In this document: positions 17,718-28,417 of the stretch, piece by piece | Position numbering within the stretch: position 1 is the first letter of the stretch | Layout: each line of letters begins with the position of its first letter | From: a virus | IMG/VR virus record: IMGVR_UViG_3300007512_000009 | Location: 32,001 to 96,000 of that record | Strand: one strand, 5' to 3' | Length of the DNA: 64,000 nucleotides | Program-made: the position numbers and the translations under genes | Notes under the pieces: model-generated | Databases searched by the model: none | Told to the model about the DNA's origin: nothing | What the model saw: the letters and a program-made list of their open reading frames with translations, nothing else

Positions 17718-19772
17718 ATGGCACTAATCCCCCTACATCTTGGACAAGATGGTATTACCCTTCATGCTATTAGTGGTATATCTGCCAGTGTTGATGATGG
17801 TGCATCTCACCAAAATAAAGACAGGATTCCTGAATTTGTTGCTACTGACCATACGTCTTTTATGACTTTTTTACAAGCATACTATGAATGGATGGAAACA
17901 GAAGGTAATCCTAAATATGAATCTCTTAAAATGTTAGACAGAAGAGATGTGGATGATACTGTTGATGATTTTGTTAAATACTTCTCTAAAGAGTTTATTC
18001 AGAATTTCCCAGAAACATTTGCTAGTACTAGTACAGACAAAAGAAAACTTATTAAAAACATTAAAGATTTTTACTATGCAAAAGGCACTGAAAAATCCTA
18101 TAAGTTATTGTTTAGACTTTTATTTGATGAAACACCTGAATTTAAATATCCAAGTAATGAAATAATAAAAGCATCAGATGCCAATTGGACAGAACCATTA
18201 GTATTAAAACTATCTAAAACTAACGATATATCCAATATATTCGAAATGTTGGGTAGAAAACTAGAACAAAGACACCCGTGGTCTAATGAAATTTTAGCAT
18301 ATGGATTTATTGAAAATATGTTAACATACCACAAAGAAGGTTATGGTGTTATTGAGGTAGAGTTATCAGGCATATTTGGTGACTTTGAATCAGAGAAAGA
18401 AGTTCAAATCACTTTACCTAGTGGTACTACAATATATGAATACGTTTATCCAACCTTAGCAAGCATAGGAGTTTCTTCTGGTGCCAGCGGTACTAATTAT
18501 TCTGTGGGCGACCAAATTACTATCAGTGGAAGCAGTATGGGTGTTGGTGCGTTAGGAGAGGTTACATCAGTTGGTCTTAGTGGTGAGATAAACAGAATTG
18601 AACTATTAAATACAGGTATTAATTACAGGTCTATTGAAAGTTTAACCGCTACAATATCTTCTAACGGTGGTACTGGTAGTGGTGCTACTCTTGGTATTAC
18701 TGGTGGTGGTAACATTCAAAGGAAGAAAGGATACTGGTCTGGGAATGCAGGGTTGTTAAGTTCTTCCAACAAATTACAAGACAATGACTACTACCAATCA
18801 TTTTCTTATGTGATTAAATCATCTAAAAATCTTAAAGATTATGCGGATACGGTAAAGAGAATTATACATCCCGCAGGGTTCAAATTATTTGGTAATACTC
18901 TTCTATCCGAAATCATGTCTGCAGGGGGTACTTTAAGTCCCACACTTAAAAAATATGAAGTACCGCTTAGTGGTCATTATACACCATATAGGTTTACAAC
19001 TGAAAGAAATCTCAGAGCAAACGGTATTGGTGGGTCTGGTGGAACAGACTTATATCCAGACGGATATGGTTGGTCTGCGGGTGCAACTGGATTTGTAGTG
19101 GGAGAAACAGCAAGTACTGTCCATGCAGTTGTCGGTGGTTCTGGCCCTCTAGGGGGTGTTACTCATAGAAATGAAAGTATAGGTTCGGGTGCATCACATG
19201 GAACTGCTGATTCTCAAGGGCCTGGTGGTACACTGAATGGCCCTCAGGGCAACCAGTTTAATGTTGTAGGTGGTATTTGGGGAGCATCTGGAATGTCATC
19301 TGGTGAAACTGGTTATGGTTCAACGCTAGCAGGTGCTGGCTATTGGGAGATTTATTGTCACCCCAATTCTAGAAACATAACCAATATACCCAACAAAAAA
19401 GGTCTTACAACAGATAGACTTTTCTTAACTTCAGCAGAAGGTCAATTAAATGGTTGGGGTATTTGTACTGGTCAGTTTGATGTGGGTGAATACATAATAC
19501 AAAAGAGTCCTCATTCACAATTAGCCATAGGCAAAGTTGGTGCTGTTGATTTTATGGGTGGTATGTTTTATATTGATGTTAACACCATAAGCGGTGTTTT
19601 TCTACCTTATAATCAAGATATGATTGGTGGCTCTGTAGGATTAGCAACTGGAAAGTCTTGGGGTAAAACAGGTTACATAAATAGTATAGGTCGTAGTGTA
19701 GGTTCAACTACTAACTATAACGAAATGAATTATGTAACCATTCAAGACTTCTTATTTGGAATAGAGAGATGA
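17718..19772 (+). CDS. gp7: Baseplate wedge initiator gp7
   Basis: FLQAYYEWME, KLIKNIKDFYYAKGTEKSY..LFR.LF, LQDNDYYQSFSYVIKS, IIHPAGFKLFG. Confidence 0.88.
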   Translation: MALIPLHLGQDGITLHAISGISASVDDGASHQNKDRIPEFVATDHTSFMTFLQAYYEWMETEGNPKYESLKMLDRRDVDDTVDDFVKYFSKEFIQNFPETFASTSTDKRKLIKNIKDFYYAKGTEKSYKLLFRLLFDETPEFKYPSNEIIKASDANWTEPLVLKLSKTNDISNIFEMLGRKLEQRHPWSNEILAYGFIENMLTYHKEGYGVIEVELSGIFGDFESEKEVQITLPSGTTIYEYVYPTLASIGVSSGASGTNYSVGDQITISGSSMGVGALGEVTSVGLSGEINRIELLNTGINYRSIESLTATISSNGGTGSGATLGITGGGNIQRKKGYWSGNAGLLSSSNKLQDNDYYQSFSYVIKSSKNLKDYADTVKRIIHPAGFKLFGNTLLSEIMSAGGTLSPTLKKYEVPLSGHYTPYRFTTERNLRANGIGGSGGTDLYPDGYGWSAGATGFVVGETASTVHAVVGGSGPLGGVTHRNESIGSGASHGTADSQGPGGTLNGPQGNQFNVVGGIWGASGMSSGETGYGSTLAGAGYWEIYCHPNSRNITNIPNKKGLTTDRLFLTSAEGQLNGWGICTGQFDVGEYIIQKSPHSQLAIGKVGAVDFMGGMFYIDVNTISGVFLPYNQDMIGGSVGLATGKSWGKTGYINSIGRSVGSTTNYNEMNYVTIQDFLFGIER

Positions 19773-19779
19773 TACTAAT

Positions 19780-21771
19780 ATGGCATTAAAAGCGACACTA
19801 AAAACTCATATTTTACAAAAATTAATAGATGATTTTCGTATAAATTCTGGTAATTCAAATTTTATCTTTGTTGCAAGAGGAACTTCGTGGTCAAACGACA
19901 GTTCTGCACCAACATATGTTGATAACACAGAATCATATAATGATTTACATAAGAGAATGATTGCCGCTAAAAGGATTACATCCACTGATGCCTATCTTAT
20001 GGTCCCCAAAAATACTTGGGTTAGTGGTACTACCTATAGTATGTACACAGATGACGATGATATGTCTGGAATCACATTTTGGTCTACAAATTCAGAAAAT
20101 AACATATATAAATGCATCTATAACGGTCAAACTGGTGGTAACACATCTAGTGCATTAAATACCTCAGATTCTCCAAGAGGCACATCAAATAATGTAATAA
20201 CTACTGGTGATGGATATCAATGGAAATTCATGTTTAAAGTACCAGAAAACTGGAATAGATTTATCACTGACGACTACATTCCAGTTAAAAAGTTGACACT
20301 ACAAGATGGGGTTTCAGAAAAGTTTGATGATGAAAGACAACTACAATATCATGTGCAATATAATGCTGTAAATGGTTCTATAGATTATATCGATATAACT
20401 AGTGCAGGGAATTCGTATGGTAATAACATCAACGCAGTATATACTGATGCTAACCCAGCACTCCCTAAAACTATATTAACGGATGCGACAACTGGTGAAG
20501 GTACTACTGGTACTGGTGTTCTTAGAACCGTAGATTCTACCGTAGACGATTTTTATAATTCCTACTCGCTCAACATTGTTAAGGGTACAGGAATAGGTCA
20601 GTTCAGAAGAATTCAAGACTATAAAGGTGAAACTAGAACATGTACCGTAGATAACTGGACTATATTACCAGACACATCTAGTTTTTTCGAAATAATGCCC
20701 GAAGCAATCATTGATGGTGATGGTACTGGGGCTGTAGCCAGACCATTTTGTGATGGTGTTACTCTTAGCGGTATTGAAGTTATTAATAAAGGTAGCGGTT
20801 TTACTAGAGCAACCGTAAAAATAAAAACTACTAATAGTAGTGGGGCAACATTTGAACCAATATTAAGTCCATATGGTGGTCACGGTTCAGACCCAGTTTC
20901 CGAAATTCCACCGACCAGACTTATGATTTTAGCCAAACTAGACAGGGATGAATCGGGCATTACTTCTGGAAAATTGTATACTGGTTCTTTTCCTTTAAGA
21001 AACGACTTTAGACAATATGGTATAATCAGAAATCCTACGTTAGCAACTGGTGATAGTAAAGGTAAAATCGCAGGTTCAGAGGTAGACTCTGTTACAGACA
21101 TTAAAATCAGTGCCGCCACAGGTTCTGTTTATGGTGCTGGCGATTTTGTAGAGGATGATATTGTATTTGGGGAATCTAGCATAGCCTGCGGTAAGGTATT
21201 ACAATGGTTTAGAAATACTGATATTTCAAAAGGCACTCTTAGGTTATTAAATGTAGGTACTAAATTCAAAATTGGTGAATATGTTGTAGGATTGGGTACT
21301 GGTAGCGATTGGTCTTCAAGTAACAAAGGTAGTGGCTATGTACAATACCAAGACGAAACGGACATCACTCAAACTAACAACCATTATAGGTTGACTACTG
21401 CATTAGAAATTAGGTCAACCGCAGGGAATTCTGGTGACACCTATGGTATTGCCCATAGCAATAGATTTGATTTAGACCAAATTATCATGGGTTCATCTGG
21501 TAGTTCTGCTACTGTAATTGAATATATTCCAAGCGGTGGACAAACTGCAACGTTGTATTTAAGTAATGTTATCGGTAGTTCTGGTGCAGATTATCACGGA
21601 TTTACTGTAGGAGAAAACCTGTCAGGGGTAACTGTTTCGTCTGTAATAAATAAAATATATATACCCGAATTTAATAAAGGTTCAGGTCAACTGTTATATA
21701 TAAATAATGTAACACCTGTCAGTAGACATAATGAACAGGAAGAGGAAATTAAAATTATCATAGACATATGA
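19780..21771 (+). CDS. gp8: Baseplate wedge subunit gp8
   Basis: WVSGTTYSMY, IYKCIYN, TGDGYQWKFMF, SPYGGHGSDP, FRQYGII.NP, SGQLLYINN, QEEEIKIII. Confidence 0.9.
   Translation: MALKATLKTHILQKLIDDFRINSGNSNFIFVARGTSWSNDSSAPTYVDNTESYNDLHKRMIAAKRITSTDAYLMVPKNTWVSGTTYSMYTDDDDMSGITFWSTNSENNIYKCIYNGQTGGNTSSALNTSDSPRGTSNNVITTGDGYQWKFMFKVPENWNRFITDDYIPVKKLTLQDGVSEKFDDERQLQYHVQYNAVNGSIDYIDITSAGNSYGNNINAVYTDANPALPKTILTDATTGEGTTGTGVLRTVDSTVDDFYNSYSLNIVKGTGIGQFRRIQDYKGETRTCTVDNWTILPDTSSFFEIMPEAIIDGDGTGAVARPFCDGVTLSGIEVINKGSGFTRATVKIKTTNSSGATFEPILSPYGGHGSDPVSEIPPTRLMILAKLDRDESGITSGKLYTGSFPLRNDFRQYGIIRNPTLATGDSKGKIAGSEVDSVTDIKISAATGSVYGAGDFVEDDIVFGESSIACGKVLQWFRNTDISKGTLRLLNVGTKFKIGEYVVGLGTGSDWSSSNKGSGYVQYQDETDITQTNNHYRLTTALEIRSTAGNSGDTYGIAHSNRFDLDQIIMGSSGSSATVIEYIPSGGQTATLYLSNVIGSSGADYHGFTVGENLSGVTVSSVINKIYIPEFNKGSGQLLYINNVTPVSRHNEQEEEIKIIIDI
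21699..21706 (+). promoter_or_regulatory. Possible late promoter inside gp8 serving the next gene
   Basis: TATAAATA 84 nt upstream of ATG 21791; lies in coding sequence, so may be coincidental. Confidence 0.35.
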
Positions 21772-21790
21772 TAATGGAATAACTACTAAT

Positions 21791-24700
21791 ATGCCACAAA
21801 ATTACGACGCACAATTGTTTAATAAAACCCCTTATTATGATGACTATGATGAGGACAAGAGATTTCTTAGGTCTTTATTTAAGCCAGGCGTTGCTATTCA
21901 AGCACGTGAATTGACTCAACTTCAGACTGTTCTTCAAACGCAAATTGAAAGAATGGGTAGTCACATATTTGATAATGGAGCAGTAATCGCAGGTGGTGGT
22001 ATTGCTGAATCTAAAATCAACTATGCACGATTAGGTACTGCTGATGCATTAACTTCTACTGCATTAAGCAGTTTAGTCGGCCAGCAAATTTATGACCCGA
22101 ATCACATAAACGGTGTTGTGCTACACGTACTTAGTGGTTCTACTTTAAGTTCAGACCCTAATCAAGTAGTATTTTACCAATATACATCCAATGGTATTTT
22201 CACAGAGGGTACTCAAATAGGTACTACTGGTTCTGACAGCGTTGGTGTGACTTTTTCAATTGCTAATTCAGGTACTACAGCACCATCAATCGGGGCTGAT
22301 GCAAACATATTTACAGTAGATGACGGTATTTTCTATGTTGATGGATATTTTATTAGAAATTCAAAACAATCAGCAGTACCGTACTACACAACAGGTAATT
22401 ATAGTGCCACCACTGGTGATAGTAGATATAGAGGGTTCGGAAGCCCAACATCATCTGTAGGTTGGAGTGTTGAAAGAACAGTAACAGACCATAATGGTGA
22501 TGTTAGCCTTCGTGACCCATCTGCAGGATTTAACAATTATAATGCGCCGGGCGCAGACAGATATACAGTAAATCTTACATTAAGTCATGTCCCATTTGAT
22601 GGTTCTATTGGAAGTGCTTCTGGTCTTACATTCGATAATAAGGATTTTGTTGAATTGGTAAGGGTAGTGGGTGGTAGTAGTACAAAAACAGTAAAATACA
22701 CAGATTATGCAGAAATTGAAGAAACTTTTGCTAGAAGGACTTTCGATGAATCTGGTAATTACACAGTTAATGCACCTAAGTTGAGGGTAATATCTCACGG
22801 TTCAGTGTTCTCACCATCTGATAGTACAAAATTTGCTGTGGGTATTGACCCTAATAAGTCTTATGTGGGTGGGTTTGAGGTAGATACACAAAGTGTTGCA
22901 TATCTTGAGGTAGATAAAACTAGAGATATAGGTGAAGTACCTGCATATGGTGAAAATCTTGATACAGCACTTGGTAATTATGTATTAGTTAATAGAACTG
23001 ATGTTGATGGTGGATTTGGTGGTGCATCTCAAGGAGATTTTAATGAATCTGCACTAGCAATGAGCAAGCAAAGGTCTTTTAGTATCTGGAAAGATTTCTC
23101 AATCTCTGGTACATCAATTGGTTCATGTAATCTTAGAACAATTGTCAATAACCCTGATGATAAAAATCTCAAAGCGTACCTTTTCAATGTGGGTATGAGT
23201 TCCGATGGTGCATCTGGTTATAAGTTTTCCTCTGCAGGATATCTAGTTGCTGATGATACAGGGAGCGGACATACTGGTGCTACTGGTGTTTTCTTTAAAC
23301 TCAAAGCAGATGCTAGTGGTTGGACTGGACCACATGATGCAGGTAAACGCTCTCTTATATTCCCAGTTGCAAATAATAAAACAATTGGTAAGTCTGGTCC
23401 TGCATATGAATCAAAATACAATTCTAAATTTGTAGTACAAAAAACTTCGACAGCACACTTTAGTAGTGATGCGGATGGTTCTACAGTTTCCATGTCTGAT
23501 TCTATAGGTTTATTAGACGCAGATGATGATAATTATGTAGTATGGTTTGGTGCAACTTCTGATACTTATACAGGTGTGTCTGCCTCTATTTTAGACCCCT
23601 CTGAATATAATATAAAAATATACGGTGCTGACTCTACCAATGCTAAATTTGTTTTAAGCCTTGTGGGTATGTCTGGACCAGCAGATGGTTCTACAGCATC
23701 GATTTTACATCCAGTAATCTATAATTCAAACAGGATTACTACTAATACTGGTCAAAAAGTATACAGGACTCTTACCCAGACTACACAGTCTTCTACAACA
23801 GTATCTACCTCAGAAACTGTATATTTTAACGGTGCTACGTCCGCTAAATTTATTTTAAACCATGCTCATGTTTATGATGTAAAAGAAGTTTCTAATGAGG
23901 GTAACGACATTGCTCTGAGCGATATAACCATAGAAGATGGTCAAAGACAGTCTGCATTCCATAGAAGTTCTGTTTATATCCCTGTAAGTTCACTAGTACT
24001 GGTTGGTTCGGAATACAGATGCCTGTTCACCTATGACTACTATGCACACTCTGGTATTGGCCCAGTTACAGTTAACAGTTATCCAGATTCGTATGAAGAT
24101 GTCCCAGAATTTAATGACCCAGATAGCGGTAAAATTTTAAAACTAAGAGAACATATAGATTTTAGACCTGTACAAAATTCTGATAATACTTATACAGAAT
24201 TTGGTATACCATTCTTTAAAAATAATAACTCATATTCTCAAATAGGCTATAGTTACTATTTACCCAGAATAGACAAAATTTCACTTTGCAAAGATAGAAC
24301 ATATAGAGTCATAAAAGGTGTACCTTCAATAAATCCACAATCACCACAGACATCCTCTGAGGACATGGATTTGTATTTGTTGAAAATTAAACCTTACGTA
24401 TTTAACCTAGGTAAAGATGTCGATGCAAAATACATTGACAATAGACGATTTACCATGAAAACAATAGGTGAATTAGAAAATCAAGTAGAAAACGTTGAAA
24501 GGGACAGACATCTAGAATCGATGTATACCTCTGCGGTCGCTCTAGGGGCTGCAGTGACATCTACGACTCTTATTGAAGAAGGTACTCTAATAGACGATTT
24601 TAGTGGACATGCATTTGGTGATGTATCAAATAGAGATAACAATTGCAGTATGGACTTTAAAGACAGAGGGCTTAAAGCACCATTTACCACAAATGCATTA

Positions 24701-26866
24701 AAATTTGATGTTAACACATTACCTTCAGGGTTAACATTGACTTCTGGTAGAGTTGTAACTTACGACTTCACAGAAGAGAAGGCACTAGGTGTATCGTTTG
24801 GTACTAGTTCGCTGAAAGTCAACCCTTATGGTAATACAGATTTCTTAGGTTATCTAAAACTAAATCCTGCATCTGATTTTTGGTATGATACAGAAACCAA
24901 TCCAGAGGTTTTGGTCAATTCATTTGGTGAAAACAACCAATATCAAACAACAGGGAACGCATGGCAAGCAGGACGTTCTGCGGGTTGGGGTAGCGAATAT
25001 GGTGAATGGAGAAGTCACTGGTTGGGTTCAGAAGAGTTGAATGAAACCATGTCGAAAGTAGACCCCTTAGACAGAAATTATAAATTACCAGTAAAATCAG
25101 CAAGGGCCCAGTTACCTGACAGAGTTCTAAGAGAATCTAACGATAGAACAGTGGATGAAAGTATTGTTCCTTATATGAGGTCAGTAGGTGTTACTTTTGA
25201 TGCTACTGGTTTATTGCCTGGTTCAACAGTTTATGCTTTATTTGATGGTGTATTGGTGGGTGCATCCGGCACAGGTTACTCGGTTAGTAGTCAAGGTGCA
25301 GTTAGCGGTAGAGTTACAGTTGGTAACTCCTATTTAACAGGTGAGAAGACATTTAGATTAACAAACAGTAATACAGACACTTTAAGTAGTACAACAACTG
25401 CAGCCGATGCTAAATTCTATTCACAAGGTTTGTTAAATAGCAAAAGTTCTAATATCATCTCAGATAGACCTGCTATGTCTAGAAGGAAATCTGTTAACAG
25501 CGATAGCATCATTAGCGGACCATATTTGAACACAGTGGATGGTAATTATTCTTCTGTTCAAAACGGATTAGACCCTCTAACACAAGAAATAATTGTGGAT
25601 GCGGGTGCTTTCCCTCAAGGTGTATTCTTAAGTAGTGTTGAGTTATTCTTTAAGAAAGCAGATACTTCTTTACCAGTAACAATCGACATCAGACCCGTTG
25701 TTAATGGTGCACCACACGATTTCTTAGTAGTACCTCATTCAGAAGTTACAGTATTACCAACTACAACTTCGGACGGGCCTAATGGTGGATTAGGAACTAA
25801 ATTTAGTTTTGAATCACCAGTTTATTTACCGCCTGGAAATTGGGCTATCGGTATAATGTCTAATAGTAGCAATAATATATTGTTTAAGGCAGAAGTTGGT
25901 AATGTTTGGTTAGATATAGATGGTACACAAAATGCAAACTCAGACATCTATGGTGGTATGGGATACGGTAATGGAATTCGCCCAGGCAAAATGTTTAAAC
26001 CTTTAAATAATGGTTCTAGACAAAGTAGCAGTCTTGAAAGTGTTACCATGAATGTTCATAGGTGCAGTTTCAGTGGTGGTTCTTTAACCAAAGAACAAAG
26101 AACTCTAATATTAGATGCTACAATGTCATCAGGTTCAACAGCATATGGTCATATAGCAAACGTTGTTAGCAATGACCAGTTATTTACATCAAGTAGCGTA
26201 AGACCTATTTATGATTTGAAGGTCAATGGTGTTAGGTATTCTGGTATTATACCAAATAAAGATGTTACTTTAGTGAAACAAGAAACAATAGATGAAACAG
26301 GTGATATGCAATTAGAGGTAGAATATGGTAGCACTACATCTTCCCTATTAACCCCTGTGTTAGATATGGATAGGATTGGGTCGGTGTTAATCCATGATAG
26401 ATTTACTTGGGCTGTAGTTGGTGCTGATACTGGTTCGGTTCTAGGTGAAACACAAAAGAACTCTGCAGGAGCACCTACTATTGCAAGATATGTATCCAAA
26501 AAATTACATTTTGGTAATTTGATTGCTGACGATTTGAGGGTCTATCTAGACATTGCTCGAAATCAAGGACATGTCAAAGTATTCGCTAAGGTAAACAACG
26601 ATGATGAAGATTTTAACAATATAAAATGGGTTCAACTATATAAGGATGGTGATGCTGAAAAGGAATGGTGGACCGACAGCCAAGCGGAAGTGCTAACACC
26701 AATAGAATTCATGCCGCAGTCCAGTCCAGTTGTCACTTCTTTAGGTGAATTTGATGTTTATGCAATCAAGATTGTGATATTTGGTAGCGATTTGGGTGAA
26801 GGGGATGCAACAGGGATGCCAACAATCAAGAATTTGAGAGCGGTAGCACTAAAGTCTACGGTTTAA
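21791..26866 (+). CDS. Large baseplate-associated structural protein (VrlC / DUF4815-like)
   Basis: PYYDDY, LFKPG..IQARELTQLQT.LQ.QI, A.RTFDESGNY.V, YYLPRIDK, RRFTMK.IG.LE, DPL.Q, ARYVSK. Confidence 0.85.
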   Translation: MPQNYDAQLFNKTPYYDDYDEDKRFLRSLFKPGVAIQARELTQLQTVLQTQIERMGSHIFDNGAVIAGGGIAESKINYARLGTADALTSTALSSLVGQQIYDPNHINGVVLHVLSGSTLSSDPNQVVFYQYTSNGIFTEGTQIGTTGSDSVGVTFSIANSGTTAPSIGADANIFTVDDGIFYVDGYFIRNSKQSAVPYYTTGNYSATTGDSRYRGFGSPTSSVGWSVERTVTDHNGDVSLRDPSAGFNNYNAPGADRYTVNLTLSHVPFDGSIGSASGLTFDNKDFVELVRVVGGSSTKTVKYTDYAEIEETFARRTFDESGNYTVNAPKLRVISHGSVFSPSDSTKFAVGIDPNKSYVGGFEVDTQSVAYLEVDKTRDIGEVPAYGENLDTALGNYVLVNRTDVDGGFGGASQGDFNESALAMSKQRSFSIWKDFSISGTSIGSCNLRTIVNNPDDKNLKAYLFNVGMSSDGASGYKFSSAGYLVADDTGSGHTGATGVFFKLKADASGWTGPHDAGKRSLIFPVANNKTIGKSGPAYESKYNSKFVVQKTSTAHFSSDADGSTVSMSDSIGLLDADDDNYVVWFGATSDTYTGVSASILDPSEYNIKIYGADSTNAKFVLSLVGMSGPADGSTASILHPVIYNSNRITTNTGQKVYRTLTQTTQSSTTVSTSETVYFNGATSAKFILNHAHVYDVKEVSNEGNDIALSDITIEDGQRQSAFHRSSVYIPVSSLVLVGSEYRCLFTYDYYAHSGIGPVTVNSYPDSYEDVPEFNDPDSGKILKLREHIDFRPVQNSDNTYTEFGIPFFKNNNSYSQIGYSYYLPRIDKISLCKDRTYRVIKGVPSINPQSPQTSSEDMDLYLLKIKPYVFNLGKDVDAKYIDNRRFTMKTIGELENQVENVERDRHLESMYTSAVALGAAVTSTTLIEEGTLIDDFSGHAFGDVSNRDNNCSMDFKDRGLKAPFTTNALKFDVNTLPSGLTLTSGRVVTYDFTEEKALGVSFGTSSLKVNPYGNTDFLGYLKLNPASDFWYDTETNPEVLVNSFGENNQYQTTGNAWQAGRSAGWGSEYGEWRSHWLGSEELNETMSKVDPLDRNYKLPVKSARAQLPDRVLRESNDRTVDESIVPYMRSVGVTFDATGLLPGSTVYALFDGVLVGASGTGYSVSSQGAVSGRVTVGNSYLTGEKTFRLTNSNTDTLSSTTTAADAKFYSQGLLNSKSSNIISDRPAMSRRKSVNSDSIISGPYLNTVDGNYSSVQNGLDPLTQEIIVDAGAFPQGVFLSSVELFFKKADTSLPVTIDIRPVVNGAPHDFLVVPHSEVTVLPTTTSDGPNGGLGTKFSFESPVYLPPGNWAIGIMSNSSNNILFKAEVGNVWLDIDGTQNANSDIYGGMGYGNGIRPGKMFKPLNNGSRQSSSLESVTMNVHRCSFSGGSLTKEQRTLILDATMSSGSTAYGHIANVVSNDQLFTSSSVRPIYDLKVNGVRYSGIIPNKDVTLVKQETIDETGDMQLEVEYGSTTSSLLTPVLDMDRIGSVLIHDRFTWAVVGADTGSVLGETQKNSAGAPTIARYVSKKLHFGNLIADDLRVYLDIARNQGHVKVFAKVNNDDEDFNNIKWVQLYKDGDAEKEWWTDSQAEVLTPIEFMPQSSPVVTSLGEFDVYAIKIVIFGSDLGEGDATGMPTIKNLRAVALKSTV

Positions 26867-26874
26867 AAAGAAGA

Positions 26875-26882
26875 TATAAATA
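26875..26882 (+). promoter_or_regulatory. Late promoter TATAAATA
   Basis: Exact motif in the gap before ATG 26904. Confidence 0.7.
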
Positions 26883-26903
26883 CTAATAGGAAAATAGTAA
26901 AAA

Positions 26904-28382
26904 ATGGGAACATCGACAACAACACCACCTTCAGGAACAACATCAGACCCAGTACCTAGTCTGTATTTGTCTGATACATTTTATACATGGTATAATAATA
27001 CCAATGATTTGATTAACAAAGTAAATCCGATTGAGGTCTATACCATTCGTGGTATTACTCATAGTGACCATAGTGTTACCTATCAAGCAGGTGGTACTAA
27101 TGATTTCGAAGGTGTTACCCTTGATGATTTAGGAAATGGTAACTGGAGAATTGGTTACATCCTTCCAGAGAAGATTACTGGTGGTCATACTTGGTATCAA
27201 CATGCTGATTTTAAAAAGGGCCCATCTGGTCACATTGCAAATAGTTTTTGTGGTAGAACTGGTGAAATCGTTGGTGCGAATACCGTAAGTGGTAGATATC
27301 CAGAAATAACTGGTGGTACAGGTAATATTACTGGTTGTGTCATCGAAATTAATAGTCTTTTGGCATCAGCAGGTGGTACTATCTCCCTTACTGCGGGTGA
27401 CATTTCTGGTTCTCTTGGACGTGCTACTGGCCCACAAGGTTACATATTAGGTTCGACTGTTGATGGGTCACCAATCCAAGAACCAATCAGATTGTTCCAA
27501 GGTTACGTTGATACCTTACAGGATGCTTTGTTTTTGGTAGGACATGCGGGTGACACAGCAGGTATTGGTTCTCCACCGAGAGCAGTATTCGGTAGCAGTA
27601 CAGTACCTTCTCACCCAAGCCATTCGAGTTCTTTGGTAACAATTGATTCGATAGGTATGTCTGGTGCTTCATATGACCAACACGGTCTTGTAATTAGCCA
27701 AAACCTCAATAAAGGGTATCATATTAAGTCCTCCACTGGTGGATTTGGTCTAGCGGCCTCTGGAGGCGTCTACATTGATATTCAAAGCGGTGCAGGTAAC
27801 ACTGGTTCATTTGTTATCAAAAAATCTACTGTTGCAGAATCTGGATACTCTGCAGGTACTGAATTGTTTAAAATAGACCCCGACAGTACCATGCATTTAA
27901 CCAATATAATTCAGGATTCTGCAAGCAACACAGCAACTGGCGTATCGGCTGGATATTTTTTAATTTCTGATGCTAACAGTAAAATGGTATGGAAGAATGC
28001 ACCAGAGGGTGCATGGGAGTATTCTACTGACTCTGTCATAGAGAATGCACAATGGTTCAAACTGAATAATGTTCCTGATAATGTCATAGGGTCGACCGAT
28101 AGTCACATGTTAACAGTTTATTGGAGTAATGGTTCAGCCCAAGGTCAATATTCCCCAACTGGTACAATGAAGGTGCAAACCACGGCCGACAGTGCCGACG
28201 CAGTTACCATTTCAAATACAGTAACATTCCACGGAAACGGCTCTAATGATGGCGGAGGTACTATAATTAACAAAGTATTTGGCGAAAAAACGATGCTTGT
28301 TGAACCCAATGGTCATGCTGGCCAGTTCTATATCTATCACAGCCCAAGAGGTGGAAACCTTGAATACTATATATGGTCATAA
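26904..28382 (+). CDS. Putative baseplate-attached fibre / structural protein
   Basis: N-terminal SDTFYTWYNNTNDL resembles fibre attachment segments; G/S/T-rich; occupies the gp9-gp12/wac position. Confidence 0.5.
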   Translation: MGTSTTTPPSGTTSDPVPSLYLSDTFYTWYNNTNDLINKVNPIEVYTIRGITHSDHSVTYQAGGTNDFEGVTLDDLGNGNWRIGYILPEKITGGHTWYQHADFKKGPSGHIANSFCGRTGEIVGANTVSGRYPEITGGTGNITGCVIEINSLLASAGGTISLTAGDISGSLGRATGPQGYILGSTVDGSPIQEPIRLFQGYVDTLQDALFLVGHAGDTAGIGSPPRAVFGSSTVPSHPSHSSSLVTIDSIGMSGASYDQHGLVISQNLNKGYHIKSSTGGFGLAASGGVYIDIQSGAGNTGSFVIKKSTVAESGYSAGTELFKIDPDSTMHLTNIIQDSASNTATGVSAGYFLISDANSKMVWKNAPEGAWEYSTDSVIENAQWFKLNNVPDNVIGSTDSHMLTVYWSNGSAQGQYSPTGTMKVQTTADSADAVTISNTVTFHGNGSNDGGGTIINKVFGEKTMLVEPNGHAGQFYIYHSPRGGNLEYYIWS

Positions 28383-28417
28383 CAAAAATGAAAAAAAGGT
28401 TAAATTAATAAAAAAAT